Shown here one piece after another: positions 1 through 10,852 of a stretch of 64,000 bases of DNA. Source of the stretch: Octopus sinensis (lineage: Eukaryota); NCBI RefSeq assembly GCF_006345805.1, contig NC_042998.1:82832001-82896000 (forward strand), read 5' to 3'. Position 1 is the first letter of the stretch, and every line of letters begins with the position of its first letter. The notes below the pieces were generated by a model that was not told the origin of the DNA, ran no database searches, and was given only the letters and a program-made list of their open reading frames with translations. The position numbers and the translations under genes are program-made.

Positions 1-180
1 GGGACCAATATGGTAATAACGGAATTTTTTAGAAATTTCTATCAGCTTGTTTCAGAACACATGTTAATTGTGATAAATTATAATGGTTATTGGCAATTTG
101 TTATTTTCAGCATATTTGGCATTAGAATTTTTTCTTTTGCCCTTATTTTATAAGTTATATATATATGTATGCATGTATAT

Positions 181-410
181 TTGAGCGTGGCCATTGCCAG
201 TACTGCCTGACTAGCCCTCGTACCTGTGGAACATAAAAACACCCACTACACTCTCAGGAAGGGCATCCAGCTGTAGAAACTCTGCCAGATCAGATTGGAG
301 CCTGGTGCAGCCATCTGGTTTGCCAGTTCTCAGTCAAATTGACTAACCCATACCAGCATGGAAAGCGGACGTTAAACAATGATGATGATGATGATGATGA
401 TGACGATGAC
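181..410 (+). mobile_element. SINE family C copy (RTE-type 3' end, (GAT)n tail)
   Basis: Contains AGGAAGGGCATCCAGCTGTAGAAAC...CAGCATGGAAAGCGGACGTTAAAC followed by (GAT)n; about 20 similar copies in the window. Confidence 0.8.
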
Positions 411-570
411 GGCGGGCTTCTTTAAGTTTTTGTCTACCAAATCCACTCACAAGGCTTTGGTCAGATCTAGGCTATGGTAGAAGACATTTGCCAAAGGTGC
501 CTGGCAGTGGGACTGAAGCCGGAACCATGTGGCTGGTAGGCAAGCTACTTACCACACAGCCACTCCTGCA
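411..570 (-). mobile_element. SINE family A, 5' (tRNA-like head) half
   Basis: Reverse complement of GGAGTGGCTGTGTGGTAAGTAGCTTGC...GGTTCCGGCTTCAGTCCCAC, with A-box/B-box-like motifs shared with other A copies. Confidence 0.75.
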
Positions 571-601
571 CACATACAACTTTTGGCAGACATTTTGTTA
601 A

Positions 602-819
602 CATTAGACATGGTGGCACTCCATTAAAAGTAATGTTTATTTATTCACATTGTTTTGAATTAATCATGGATTATACTGAAACTCTGAGATTTTGGTGGTG
701 TGACTGTATGTTTATAGAATGACATTGTGGGGTAGGTTTGAGACGCCAGACCTTGATAGTTTGGACATTAAGCAGGTAATATATCTGGGTCAGATATAGA
801 CAGACTAAATGCTGATGAG
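602..819. mobile_element. Degenerate TTAA-flanked MITE
   Basis: Bounded by TTAA at 598-601 and 820-823; abuts the next MITE; termini eroded. Confidence 0.35.
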
Positions 820-823
820 TTAA

Positions 824-1044
824 CCCTTTTGTTACTGTATTTATTTTGAGATGTTCTGTGTTTCTTTCAATTACTTTAAATATAATAAAGAATTTAGTAA
901 AATTACTTAGTCATCATTCAGCTAGTATTAGGGACATAAATTGTGACTAAAATTTGGAGGAAGATTTTAATTCAAAACTTATGAAAACAAAACATTTGTA
1001 CTACAAAGCCAGAACCGCTTTCAGCCAGGTTGTTAATGAAAGGG
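824..1044. mobile_element. piggyBac-like MITE
   Basis: TTAA|CCCTTTTGTTAC...GAAAGGG|TTAA; closely similar second copy at 36502-36721. Confidence 0.8.
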
Positions 1045-1046
1045 TT

Positions 1047-1481
1047 AAATGATATCAAAGCAAAGGTAAATGCTCTCTAACACTCACACACATACAGACA
1101 CACACACACACAGACACACACACACACACACACATACACACACACAAAAGTTAAATCATTTCAAAGCAGACAAATGCAAAAGTAAACACTTACACACACA
1201 TACACACACATACACACTCACACACATACACACACATACACACACTCACACCCAAGTTAAATCATATCAAAGTAAACACATACAAAGATAAATATTCACA
1301 CACACACACATTAAATCATATCAAAGCAAAGACATACAATAAACACTCATACACACACAAGTTAAATGATATCAAAGCAAAGACATACAAAGATAAACAC
1401 ACACATACACACACAGATACACACACACACACTCGCACACATGCACACACACATACACACAGACACACACATACACACACA

Positions 1482-1520
<39 letters not shown>

Positions 1521-1660
1521 GGTAAATGATATCAAAGCAAAGACCTACAAAGATAAACACTCACACACACGCACTCACACACATGCCCACTCATACACAA
1601 AGGCACACACTCACATACATACACACTCACATACATACACACTCACACACAGGTATAAAA
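1047..1660. repeat. Compound array: ~35-bp unit (TTAAATGATATCAAAGCAAAGACATACAAAGATAAAC) separated by (CA)n tracts
   Basis: Unit recurs at about 1047, 1150, 1256, 1311, 1361 and 1521. Confidence 0.8.
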
Positions 1661-1767
1661 GATCAAAAGCATAGACACGACGTAACCAGGTATCAAATCA
1701 GTTTATCAATACCTGTATGTTTATATAACATATTGGAGAGAAATGCAAATAGATATGAAATATATCT

Positions 1768-1966
1768 TCTATCTTTTATATTTCACCTGTTTCAGTCATT
1801 TGACTGCGGCCATGCTGGAGCACCAGTTCTTACTATTAAGCCTGGTACTTACTCTATCAGTCTCTTTGCTGAAACATAAGTTATTGGGACATAAACAAAC
1901 CATCACCAGTTGTGAAGCAGTGAGGGGGACAAACACACACACACACACACACACATAGACATATAG

Positions 1967-2017
<51 letters not shown>

Positions 2018-2180
2018 TAGATGACGGGCTTCTTTCAGTTTCCATCAACCAAATCCACTCACAAGGCTTTGGTTGGCCAGAGGCTAAAGTAGAAGACACT
2101 TGCACAGGAGGCTATGCAGTGGACTGAACTCAGAACCATGTGGTCGGGAAATAAGCTTCTTATCACGCAGTCATGCCAGT
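1768..2180 (-). mobile_element. SINE family A, near full length
   Basis: Both halves present around an internal (CA)/(GATA)/(GACA) microsatellite. Confidence 0.8.
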
Positions 2181-2189
2181 GCCATATAT

Positions 2190-2545
2190 ATATGACATGG
2201 CACTCTGCCGGTTATGACAACGAGGGATCCAGTTGATCCTATCAATGGAACAGCCTGCTCATGAAATTAACATGCAAGTGGTTGAGCACTCCACAGGCAC
2301 GTTTACCCTTAACGTAGATCTCGGGGGAGATTCAGCGAGACACAGAGTGTGACAAGGCTGGCCCTTCGACAGAAACATGAAGAAAGAGTAAGAGAAAAGT
2401 ACAGTAGAGTTCACCACCACCCCTTGCTGGAGGCACGTGGAGTTTTAGGTGTCTTCGCTCAATAAACACTCACAACACCCGGTCTGAGAATCGAAACCGC
2501 GATCCTACAACCACAAGTCTGCTGCCTTAAACACTGGGCCATTGC
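2190..2545. mobile_element. Fragments of additional SINE-like repeats
   Basis: Minus-strand tRNA-like head (reverse complement of GAGAATCGAAACCGCGATCC...TTAAACACTGGGCC) at about 2480-2545; related segment near 56040-56090. Confidence 0.45.
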
Positions 2546-2623
2546 ATGTCCACATATATATACATACATGCATACATACATACACACATACATACATATA
2601 TATATATACATACATATGTATAT

Positions 2624-2691
<68 letters not shown>

Positions 2692-2693
<2 letters not shown>

Positions 2694-3260
2694 CCCTAGA
2701 AACAATGAAGCCTCTAACATTATCATCCAAAATCTTCCCATCCTCAAAGAGATAAAACAATGAACAAAATTTTAGGCTCACACAAAATTATCAAGAGCAA
2801 AATGCAACCTAAATCATTGAAAAAAATATCAAACAGCGCAAGACTATATCCATTAACAACAGAACCAAAAGTGAAAAAATGTGGTCGACCTAACTGTGGT
2901 ACATGCCCCCACCTTTTGGAGGATTCAGATTCCCACTTTAAAAAGGTGAAATATTCAAGATCAAATCAAATTTCACCTGTGCCTCGGAAAATCTTATCTA
3001 TGCCGTTTAGGGTGTAGTAATGATTATATTGGCCAAACAAGAATATCACTCCGTCGAAGAACCACTACCCACAAAGAACAAATCTGTCACTCACAATACA
3101 GACAGATGCAGGTTAGTGAACACATAGAAAGGTGTGCTAGGAATTTAATCCTAATTTCCTAATTTTACTCTTCTATCAATATACACAGAACACCTCAGTA
3201 TAACAAAGAATGAATAAAGAGTCAACTTTCATCAACAGATATCTTCCACAACTCAATATG
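2692..3260 (+). pseudogene. Penelope-like element GIY-YIG endonuclease region (frameshifted, with stops)
   Basis: Across frames: KKCGRPNCGTCPHL (Cys motif), IKSNFTCASENLIYAV, YIGQTRISLRRRTTTHKEQI, VSEHIERC; the IY..YIG-QT signature typical of the PLE endonuclease. Confidence 0.8.
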
Positions 3261-3453
3261 AACACATAACATAATACAGAACACTACTAACCTTTCAATT
3301 AATACCACTAACCCCCATACAACCCATATACTATTCACATTACAGATCTATATCTACCCTAATTGCACCAAATCCAGAACTACTTACTTCCCTTACACAT
3401 AATCGTTTTACTCAGGGACTAGTAGACTTGATACCATTCATTAATCGGTGTGC

Positions 3454-3501
3454 ATTCAAAGCAATGATTAGTAAATTCACGAAACCAGTATGCTTTTGAA
3501 T
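3454..3501 (+). ncRNA. Decayed minimal type I hammerhead ribozyme in PLE 3' repeat
   Basis: Stem I ATTCAAAGCA/TGCTTTTGAAT; core ATGATTA (vs CUGAUGA); stem II GTAAATTCAC; GAAAC-CAG-TA. Confidence 0.5.
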
Positions 3502-3695
3502 CTCTTTAACAATTCACAATAATGACTTTTATTACTTTTATTTCCTACCTCAGTTCATCTAATAGTATATATCTATCGTTACTTTTCATAAAAAGTCCTT
3601 TACTTTTTTGATTTCCAATGTGCATTTTCACTTATTTTTCTTCTTACTTCCCCTCACATTTCCACGTGTAGTTTCTATTTTCTTTTTGTAACATA

Positions 3696-3729
<34 letters not shown>

Positions 3730-3909
3730 CAAAATTAAGGATAAAATCTATATTAGATTTTATCAGGTAGCTAGCATGTGGTCAACCGGTTCAGGTCTGT
3801 TTCATGAGTATGAAGCCAGGGAACAGAAGAAAGAAGACAATGACGAAAGACCAAGACCACTGGAGATATGCTGTGACTGTGAAGACTTAGCAAATAAAGT
3901 GAGTTCACA

Positions 3910-4400
3910 CCAGTGTAACATAACCAACCCGAGCCCACTCAAAAGTACCTTGGATCATAGGGTGACATGCTGTTCTAGGGCGACATGCTGTGCTAAGGTG
4001 ACATGATGTGCTTGAGGAGACCTATTGAGTCAAGTACATCCAAATCAAAATCAAATGAAAATTGTAGTTGTGGTCTCCATGCTGGTGGCATGTAAGAAGC
4101 ACCATCTGAACGTGACCGATGCCAGCACTGCCTTGACAGGCTTCTGTGCCAGTGGCATGTAAAAAGCACCAACCGATCATGGTTGTTGCCAGCCTCCTCT
4201 GGCCTCTGTACCGGTGGCACGTAAAAAGCATGCACTACACTCTTGGAGTGGCTGGAGGTTAGGAAGAGCATCCAGCTGTAGAAACACTGCCAGTTCAGAC
4301 TGGAGCCTGGTGCAGCTTTCTGTCTTCCCAAGCCCTAGTCAAACTGTCCAAACAATGCCAACATGGAAAACGGACATTAAACGATGATGATGATGATGAT
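3910..4400 (+). mobile_element. SINE family C copy with extended 5' part
   Basis: Internal GGCATGTAAAAAGCACC repeats, AGGAAGAGCATCCAGCTGTAG, (GAT)n tail. Confidence 0.75.
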
Positions 4401-4451
4401 ATATATGTATATATATATTCATATATATACATACAGAGAGAGAGGGAGAGA

Positions 4452-4707
4452 GAGCATGGGGGATCCAGAATTTTCTTTTGAGGTCTTGTTCAAAAGTTTT
4501 GAAAAAAATACTATATATGGTGGGAATTGTGATTTGTAACAATGGACCTATTTTTATGTATTCTTTGTTGTAGCAGGCCACATGCATATAAAACAGTAAT
4601 GCTGTGAGACTGCCGGAAATAAACCGTGGTCCCAATTTTTGAGTGTCAGCTTGGCTAGAAAGGGTGTTGCCCAGGCAACTAGGGCAACACCCCCGTATCT
4701 GCCACTG
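4452..4707. mobile_element. Putative MITE with GC-rich imperfect termini
   Basis: Starts GGGGGATCCAGAATTTTC, ends CCCCCGTATCTGCCACTG; perfect 11-bp hairpin GGGTGTTGCCC/GGGCAACACCC at 4662-4692. Confidence 0.45.
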
Positions 4708-5099
4708 GAGAGAGAAAGAGAGATCAGGAAACCAGGAAGAGTCTAGAATGTGAAAAGTTCATAATGATTCAGGTGTAGATAGGTACATTCCAGGATGAGA
4801 TAAAAAGGGAATCCATTATCTTGATATGACTTAGGTAAGTAGATCAATGGTGTCATAAGTAAAAAATTTGGAATTGACAAAAAAAAAGAGTTGTGGAATA
4901 TGTTGAGGTAGATTTTTTACAGCCAGATGTCTTTCTTGCCACCAACCCTCACTTGTTTCCAAGTAAAGTCATATTTCCCTATGGTTGGACATGTCTCCAC
5001 AGAATATTGGAAATGAAGAACACCTCTTGCATGATGGTGATACTCATTTACAACTATCCCAAGTTGTTGAAACAAAGAGACACTAACACACACACACAC

Positions 5100-5262
5100 A
5101 CATGCCAGGTTTCTTTCAGTTTCCCTCTATCAAATCCGCACACAAGGATTTGGACAACATGTGACTTTAGTAGAAGGCACTTGCCCAGGGTGCCACACTG
5201 GGAAATCAAACACTAAACCAAAAGGTTGACAAGGAAACATATAAACCACACAGCAATGTCTG
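5100..5262 (-). mobile_element. SINE family A 5' half, diverged
   Basis: TTTCTTTCAGTTTCC...AGAAGGCACTTGCCCAGGGTGCCACAC. Confidence 0.6.
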
Positions 5263-5874
5263 TACAAAGAATATTTCACAGGATTTAAACTTTATAAACA
5301 TTCCTAATTATTAAAGTTAATTAATAAACTTCAATTTTGATCTTAATTTGATTTCAGAATTTAACTCATTATTTGTTTCTTTGGAGAGAGATTTTCCTTG
5401 TAATTTATAAGTTACAAAACACTGTATAATTATACTTCACTATAATGCTCTCTATTTTCCTAATTATCAATGTTGTTTACAGTATGATTTCTTCAAAATC
5501 CAATTTGCCGTCTTGCATGTGTTCAACAGTTCATCAATATCACAGTTTATTTTAATTTTCTGTAGCACATTTTAATTATTATTTTTTGTTTTCAGTTAAC
5601 ATTAAAGAGTTAAAATAATATAATTAAGTAGTTATATAATTAATATATATTAGTAAGAAAAGGCTCTAAATCAACTTTTATTGTGATAGTTTTAAAATGA
5701 CATAAGACAGTCATGAAAGCAAATAAAAACAGGAAATATCAGATTCAAGTGAAGAGAAAAAGCCTTAAAGTGAATTAAAGCAGTGTTTCTCAAAGACTGT
5801 GGAACACTAGGATTCCATTAGCAATTTCAGGGATACTGCAAGAAAAAAGATTTTTTACTACAATTTGATAAAAA

Positions 5875-6110
5875 CCTCTTTATTTCTTTATTACCCACAG
5901 GGGGATAAACATAAAGGGGACAAACAAGGACAAACAAATGAATTAGTCGATTACATCGACCCCAGTGTATAACTGGTACTCATTTAATCAACCCTGAAAG
6001 GATGAAAAGCAAAGTCGACCTCCGCGGAATTTGAGCTCAAAACATAAGCGCAGATGAAATACCACTAAACATTTCATCTGGTATGCTAACGATTCTGCCA
6101 GCTCACCAAC
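5875..6110 (-). mobile_element. SINE family B copy
   Basis: ACTGGTACT..TTTAATCAACCCTGAAAGGATGAAAAGCAAAGTCGACCTC...GCCAGCTCACC. Confidence 0.75.
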
Positions 6111-6127
6111 CTATAAATATTTCTTAT

Positions 6128-6370
6128 AGACACGGGCATAGCTGTGTGGTTAAGAAATTTGCTATAGCCCAGAGTCATCCAAAGTTTTATGAATGAATTA
6201 GGTTGAGGGAAACTGAAAAAGCCCATCATATATATATGTATGTGTGTCTTTGTGCTTGTGTCTGCCCCCCAACCACTTGTTGGTGTTGGTTTGTTTACAT
6301 CCTCATAATTTGGTAGGTCAGCAAAGGTGAATGATAGAATATGTACCAGATTTAAAATACAGTACTGGAT
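6128..6370 (+). mobile_element. SINE family A copy, internally deleted
   Basis: GCATAGCTGTGTGGTTAAG head and TTGTGTCTGCCCCC second half. Confidence 0.55.
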
Positions 6371-6377
6371 TTAATCT

Positions 6378-6760
6378 CATCATCATCATCATCATTTAAC
6401 TTCCATCGTGTATGCTGGCAGTTTGACCAGGGATGGTAAACTGAGGGGCTGCACCAGACTCCAATCTGATCTGGCATGGTTTCTACAGCTGGATATCCTT
6501 TCTAACACCAACCACTCTGAGAGTGTAATAGGCGTTTTTACTTGCCATCAGCATCCCACCCATGCTAGCATGGAAGACAGGCATTAAACGATGATGATGA
6601 TAAGGATGATGAGGATGATGGGTGCCAGTTGCATGACACCAGTATCTGCCATGACTATGATATCATTTGGCTTGACAGATCTTCTTCTCAAGCACAGCAT
6701 ATTGTCAAAGATCTCAGTCATTTGTCAACCAAAACCCTTCAAAGCTATGCCCCAGTATGA
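6378..6760 (-). mobile_element. SINE family C pieces including RTE C-terminal-derived segment
   Basis: TTCTACAGCTGGATATCCTTTCTAAC; TTGGCTTGACAGATCTTCTTCTCAAGCACAGC. Confidence 0.6.
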
Positions 6761-6974
6761 CCACAGTCTAATGACTGAAACATGTAAAAGTTAAAATGGA
6801 AAAATGATATTCATCATTTCCTAATAAAGTTAGTTATTTTTTTTAATAAATAGATTCTACAAAGCAATTGATGTCCTATTAAAACTCAAGCAGCTGAAGA
6901 TGTCATTAAAATAAATATATGGGTTCAGTGATATTTTTTTTTTGTGGTGGGGGTGGTCATGTTAGGGTTCCACA

Positions 6975-7378
6975 AAATGTTTCATAATCTGCATGGTTAA
7001 AGAGCTTATTTTGCAACTACATGGTTCCAGGTTCAGTCCTACAATGTGGTACTTTGGGCAAATGTCTTCTACTCTAATCCCAGCCCAAGCAATGCTTTGT
7101 AGGTGAATTTGGTAGACGGTAACTGTGAGGAAGCCTATCATATATATGGGTGTGTGTGTGTGTCTTAGTTTGTGTTTGTCCCATTACCACCATCACCACT
7201 TGACAACCAGTGTTGGTTTGTTTACATTCCTGTAACTTAGTGGTTCAGTAAAAGCTACTGATAAAATAAGTACCAGAATAAAAAATTAAGGGCTGGGGGT
7301 CGATCTGTTCAGCTAGAACTCTTCAGAGCAGTGCCTCAGCATAGCCACAGTCTAGTGACTGAAACAAGTAAAAGGCCA
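6975..7378 (+). mobile_element. SINE family A copy
   Basis: Head, (TG)n, second half ending GACTGAAACAAGTAAAA. Confidence 0.7.
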
Positions 7379-7489
7379 AAAGATTGACTTCAGTGATAAT
7401 ACACTAAATGAAATGCACAAAAACATTCTGTTGATCAACTTATTTTTCTTAGCTTCTTTTGTTTTTTTTCTTCTTTTAGGTATTTCTAA

Positions 7490-7660
7490 AAGGTATTTCG
7501 TCTGTCTTTATGGCTTAAGTTCAAATTCTACTGAGGTCGACTTTGCCTTTCATCTTTTTGGGGTCGATAAATTAAGTACCAGTTGCATACTGGGGTTGAT
7601 GTAATCAACTGGCCCCCTCTCCAAAAATTTCGGGCCTTGTGCCTAGAGTAGAAAAGAATA
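7490..7660 (+). mobile_element. SINE family B copy (5' truncated)
   Basis: GAGGTCGACTTTGCCTTTCATCTTTTTGGGGTCGATAAATTAAGTACCAG. Confidence 0.8.
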
Positions 7661-7814
7661 TTTTACTAACCAGCCTGGTTGAACAAAGCTGGAGGCTTTA
7701 GTGATCATTCTTTGACTGATTCAATATGGAGAATTACTTAAAACAGAATAAAGGGGAGGGATTCATATTTCTATCAAACTCTTTTTTAAAAAGCAAAACA
7801 TACAGGAGTATGAG

Positions 7815-8215
7815 GCGCAGGAGTGGCTGTGTGGTAAGTAGCTTGCTAACCAACCACATGGTTCCGGGTTCTGTCCCACTGCGTGGCACCTTGGGCAAGT
7901 GTCTTCTACTATAGCCACGGGCTGACCAAAGCCTTGTGAGTGAATTTGGTAGACGGAAACTGAAAGAAGCCCGTCGTATATATGTATATATATATGCGTG
8001 TGTGTGTTTGTGTGTCTGTGTTTGTCCCCCTAGCATTGCTTGACAACCGATGCTGGTGTGTTTATGTCCCCGTTACTTAGCGGTTCGGCAAAAGAGACCG
8101 ATAGAATAAGTACTGGGCTTACAAAAGAATAAGTCCCGGGGTCGAGTTGCTCGATTAAAGGCGGTGCTCCAGCATGGCCACAGTCAAATGACTGAAACAA
8201 GTAAAATAGTAAAAT
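7815..8215 (+). mobile_element. SINE family A, young full-length copy
   Basis: GGAGTGGCTGTGTGGTAAGTAGCTTGC (A box), GGTTCCGGGTTCTGTCCC (B box), many CpGs retained. Confidence 0.9.
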
Positions 8216-8414
8216 AGTATAGTATACAAATTTGCACATATACATACATACATACATACATACATACATACAAACAAAAATGTTGATGTTGAAATTACAA
8301 TGAAGGAGCCTTGAATCTAGGTTAGAAACCAGGTTTTTTTCTATTGGCAAGAAATCTTGAAGTAAAACTGAACAATGACTGACTGATATACATACATACA
8401 TACATACATATAAC

Positions 8415-8570
8415 AGAATTCTTTCAGTTTCCCTCTACCAAATTCTCTCATAAAGCTGTGATTAACCCAAGGGTATAGTAAAAGATATTTGCCCAGGGTG
8501 TAATACACTGGGACTGAAACTGAAACCATGTGGTAAGGAAGCAAACTTCTTAACTACATATCCACCCTTG
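8415..8570 (-). mobile_element. SINE family A 5' half
   Basis: TTCTTTCAGTTTCC...GGGACTGAAACTGAAACCATGTGG. Confidence 0.65.
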
Positions 8571-8595
8571 TACCCATTAAAGTTTAAATATTTAC

Positions 8596-8697
8596 AGACT
8601 GTCACATTGTTGTTTACATAGCTAAACACTACCGTATGGTGTCGAACAGAGTCCCACAACAGATTAACATTCAATAACATATCCTGGTTGAAAATAT
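8596..8697 (-). CDS. Candidate internal exon (102 nt, phase 1 to 1) of an unidentified gene
   Basis: Acceptor GAATGTTTCAG, donor GTAAAT; open frame IFNQDMLLNVNLLWDSVRHHTVVFSYVNNNVTV in non-repeat sequence; no homologue recognised. Confidence 0.3.
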
Positions 8698-9117
8698 CTG
8701 AAACATTCAATCACTAGAATAAAAATCAATAGATCTACTCAAGCAGAGCTAAGTGTAGCTAAACAGCAACCACAACAAGTACTACCCAAAGTTAAATGTC
8801 AACCTAAGACCAAACAAAGATGAATAATAGATCATATAAAGACTGTTTTAAATTCTTCCAGGGTCAGCTTGACATTTTGATGTTGACCAGTTAATAAAAT
8901 TGATAGCAGTGAGCGAAAATAAGTATCCATAAGAAATAGTCAGAACAAAATCAAATCTAATATACTGAATCTTTATTCCGCTCCAGACTATTTTATCTCT
9001 TTATTATTCCAATGATATTATGAGTTTCCTAAAATTAGCTCTGTACTAATATAGGCCACTTTGTTTTTATTTGTAACAGATAAGAAAAAAAACATTAGAA
9101 GTATAAACGATCAAATT

Positions 9118-9553
9118 ATTCTTTTCTACTCTAAGCACAAGGCCTGAAATTTTTGGGGAGGTGGGGCCAGTCGATTAGATCAATTCCAGTATGCAACTGG
9201 TACTTAAAGGATGTAAGACAAAGTTGTCCTCAGCGGAATTTGAACTTAGAATGTAAAGACAGACGAAATACCGCTAAGCATTTCACCTGGCATGCTAACG
9301 TTTCTGCCAGCTTGCCACCTTCAAACTAACAGATATTCTTTTCTACTCTAGGCACAAGGCTCAAAATTTTTGGGAAGGTGGGGCCAGTCGATTAGATTGA
9401 CCCAGTATGCAATTGGTACTTAATTTATCGACCCCAAAAGGATGACAGGAAAAGTTAACCTCAGCAGAATTTGAACTCAGAATGTAAAGACTGAAGAAAT
9501 ACCACTAAGCATTTCGCCTGGTGTGCTAATGTTTCTGCAAGCTCACCACCTTC
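9118..9553 (-). mobile_element. Two tandem SINE family B copies (9118-9322, 9335-9553)
   Basis: Each begins TTTTCTACTCTA(A/G)GCACAAGGC and ends GCTNGCCACCTTC / GCTCACCACCTTC. Confidence 0.8.
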
Positions 9554-9689
9554 ATAAAAAATCAAATTATTGAGAGGAAAAAATACCCATAACTACCTCT
9601 CCAAGGTAACAAAGAAAAAAGAAAAGATGTAGGAGTGGTTAAGCAATAGAGAATGGTGGGAGGAGTAATAGATTGTACACCCCAGAACA

Positions 9690-10130
9690 AATGATGTGTT
9701 TAGCTGCACCTTCCAGATATGATTGCAAAGGTGTTGGCATGCTGCAGCTGCCACTCCACTTTGTGGGGCTCATTTCTCAGATGAGCTGCACTTGTCTCAA
9801 TTTTGCAGAGGAAATTGGAAGTGCAGGGTCAGAGAAAACCTGAGGTCCCAACAGTGACTGGCACTAACTGATAGTGGTCAGTGAGGCTCCTGTATGTGTT
9901 TGTTTCTCTCCACTGTGTTTTGGGAAATGATACCTGGGTTTGCAGCTAATTCAGCAAGGTTGCAGCTAGAGAATATGTAGCAGAATGTCATGTCCCAGAT
10001 TAATGTTCTGCCTCCCTTGTATGGGAAGAGGGTTATTCTGCCAGGATGCTTACCATCCCCATGGTCAAGACCAACTAGCTCCAGCATGTACTTATTTGCT
10101 TTGAACATAAGACTTCATGAAGGCAGTAAC
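9690..10130 (-). pseudogene. CRE-like non-LTR retrotransposon REL endonuclease fragment
   Basis: LELVGLDHGDGKHPGRITLFPYKGGRTLIWDMT...YRSLTDHYQLVPVTVGTSG...EPHKVEWQLQ resembles the EPxGLxRxDGKRPDGxTLxPWxxGRxLxWD REL motif. Confidence 0.7.
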
Positions 10131-10167
10131 AGGTTACCAAGACCTTTAGCAAATATACCTTGCTTGT

Positions 10168-10380
10168 AAAGCAGCGAGCTGGCAGAGATGTTAGCATACC
10201 AGGCGAAGAGCTTAACAGTATTTCGTTGGTCTTTACATTCTGAGTTCAAATTCCACCGAGGTCAACTTTGCCTTTCACCCTTTCGGGGTCGATAAATTAA
10301 GTACCAGTTGCATACTGAGGTCAATCTAATCGACTGCCCTCTCCCCCAAAATTTCAGGCCTTATGCCTAGAGTAGAAAAG
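10168..10380 (+). mobile_element. SINE family B, full length with 16-bp TSD
   Basis: AATATACCTTGCTTGT at 10152-10167 and 10381-10396. Confidence 0.9.
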
Positions 10381-10397
10381 AATATACCTTGCTTGTG

Positions 10398-10672
10398 TAG
10401 AGCAGTCAAGCCAAGTGAGATCATAGTCATGGCCAATGGCAGTGTCACATCAATGGCACCCATGCTGGTAGCACATAAAAAGCACCCACAACATCCTTGG
10501 AGTGGCTGGGTTTATGGAGGGTATCCAGTTGTAGAAACCTTGCTAAATCAGATCGGAACCTGGTGCGGCTCCCTGGCTTACCAGTTTTCAGTCAAACCAT
10601 CCAACCCATTCCAGCATGGAAAGTGAACATTAAACAATGATGATGATGATGATGATGAGGATGGTGATGATG
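10398..10672 (+). mobile_element. SINE family C copy
   Basis: Family 3' end and (GAT)n tail. Confidence 0.7.
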
Positions 10673-10687
10673 ACTTAACAAGATATG

Positions 10688-10688
10688 A

Positions 10689-10747
<59 letters not shown>

Positions 10748-10760
10748 TTAATAATAATAT
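10688..10760. repeat. (AAT)n microsatellite
   Basis: Direct reading; source of poly-I and poly-L ORFs. Confidence 0.95.
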
Positions 10761-10806
10761 CAAAAAATACCTTAGGAATGAGAATCCAACTTCGGAATTT
10801 TCCCAC

Positions 10807-10852
10807 GACACGTGATGAGGGCTGGAGGGTGTATCAGCCGAAACGCTGTGTT
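10807..10852 (+). ncRNA. Hammerhead-like relic (probable PLE repeat)
   Basis: GACAC-GTGATGA-G-GGCTG(loop)CAGCC-GAAACGCT-GTGTT; C3 and cleavage triplet not canonical. Confidence 0.35.

Noticed and set aside
1047-1560. CRISPR-like repeat-spacer appearance (also the family C internal repeats)
   Set aside because: Eukaryotic context, spacers are microsatellite or mutually related, repeat lengths are irregular, and there are no cas genes
1070-1674. His/Thr- and Val/Cys-rich ORFs (and all similar YI, MYVC, HTYI, poly-I, poly-L ORFs across the window)
   Set aside because: Translations of (CA)n, (TA)n, (TATG)n and (AAT)n microsatellites; open on several frames and both strands
5475-5530. Minus-strand peptide DGKLDFEE resembling an EF-hand loop
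   Set aside because: Positions 1 and 3 are non-canonical, a stop follows within four codons, and there is no convincing acceptor
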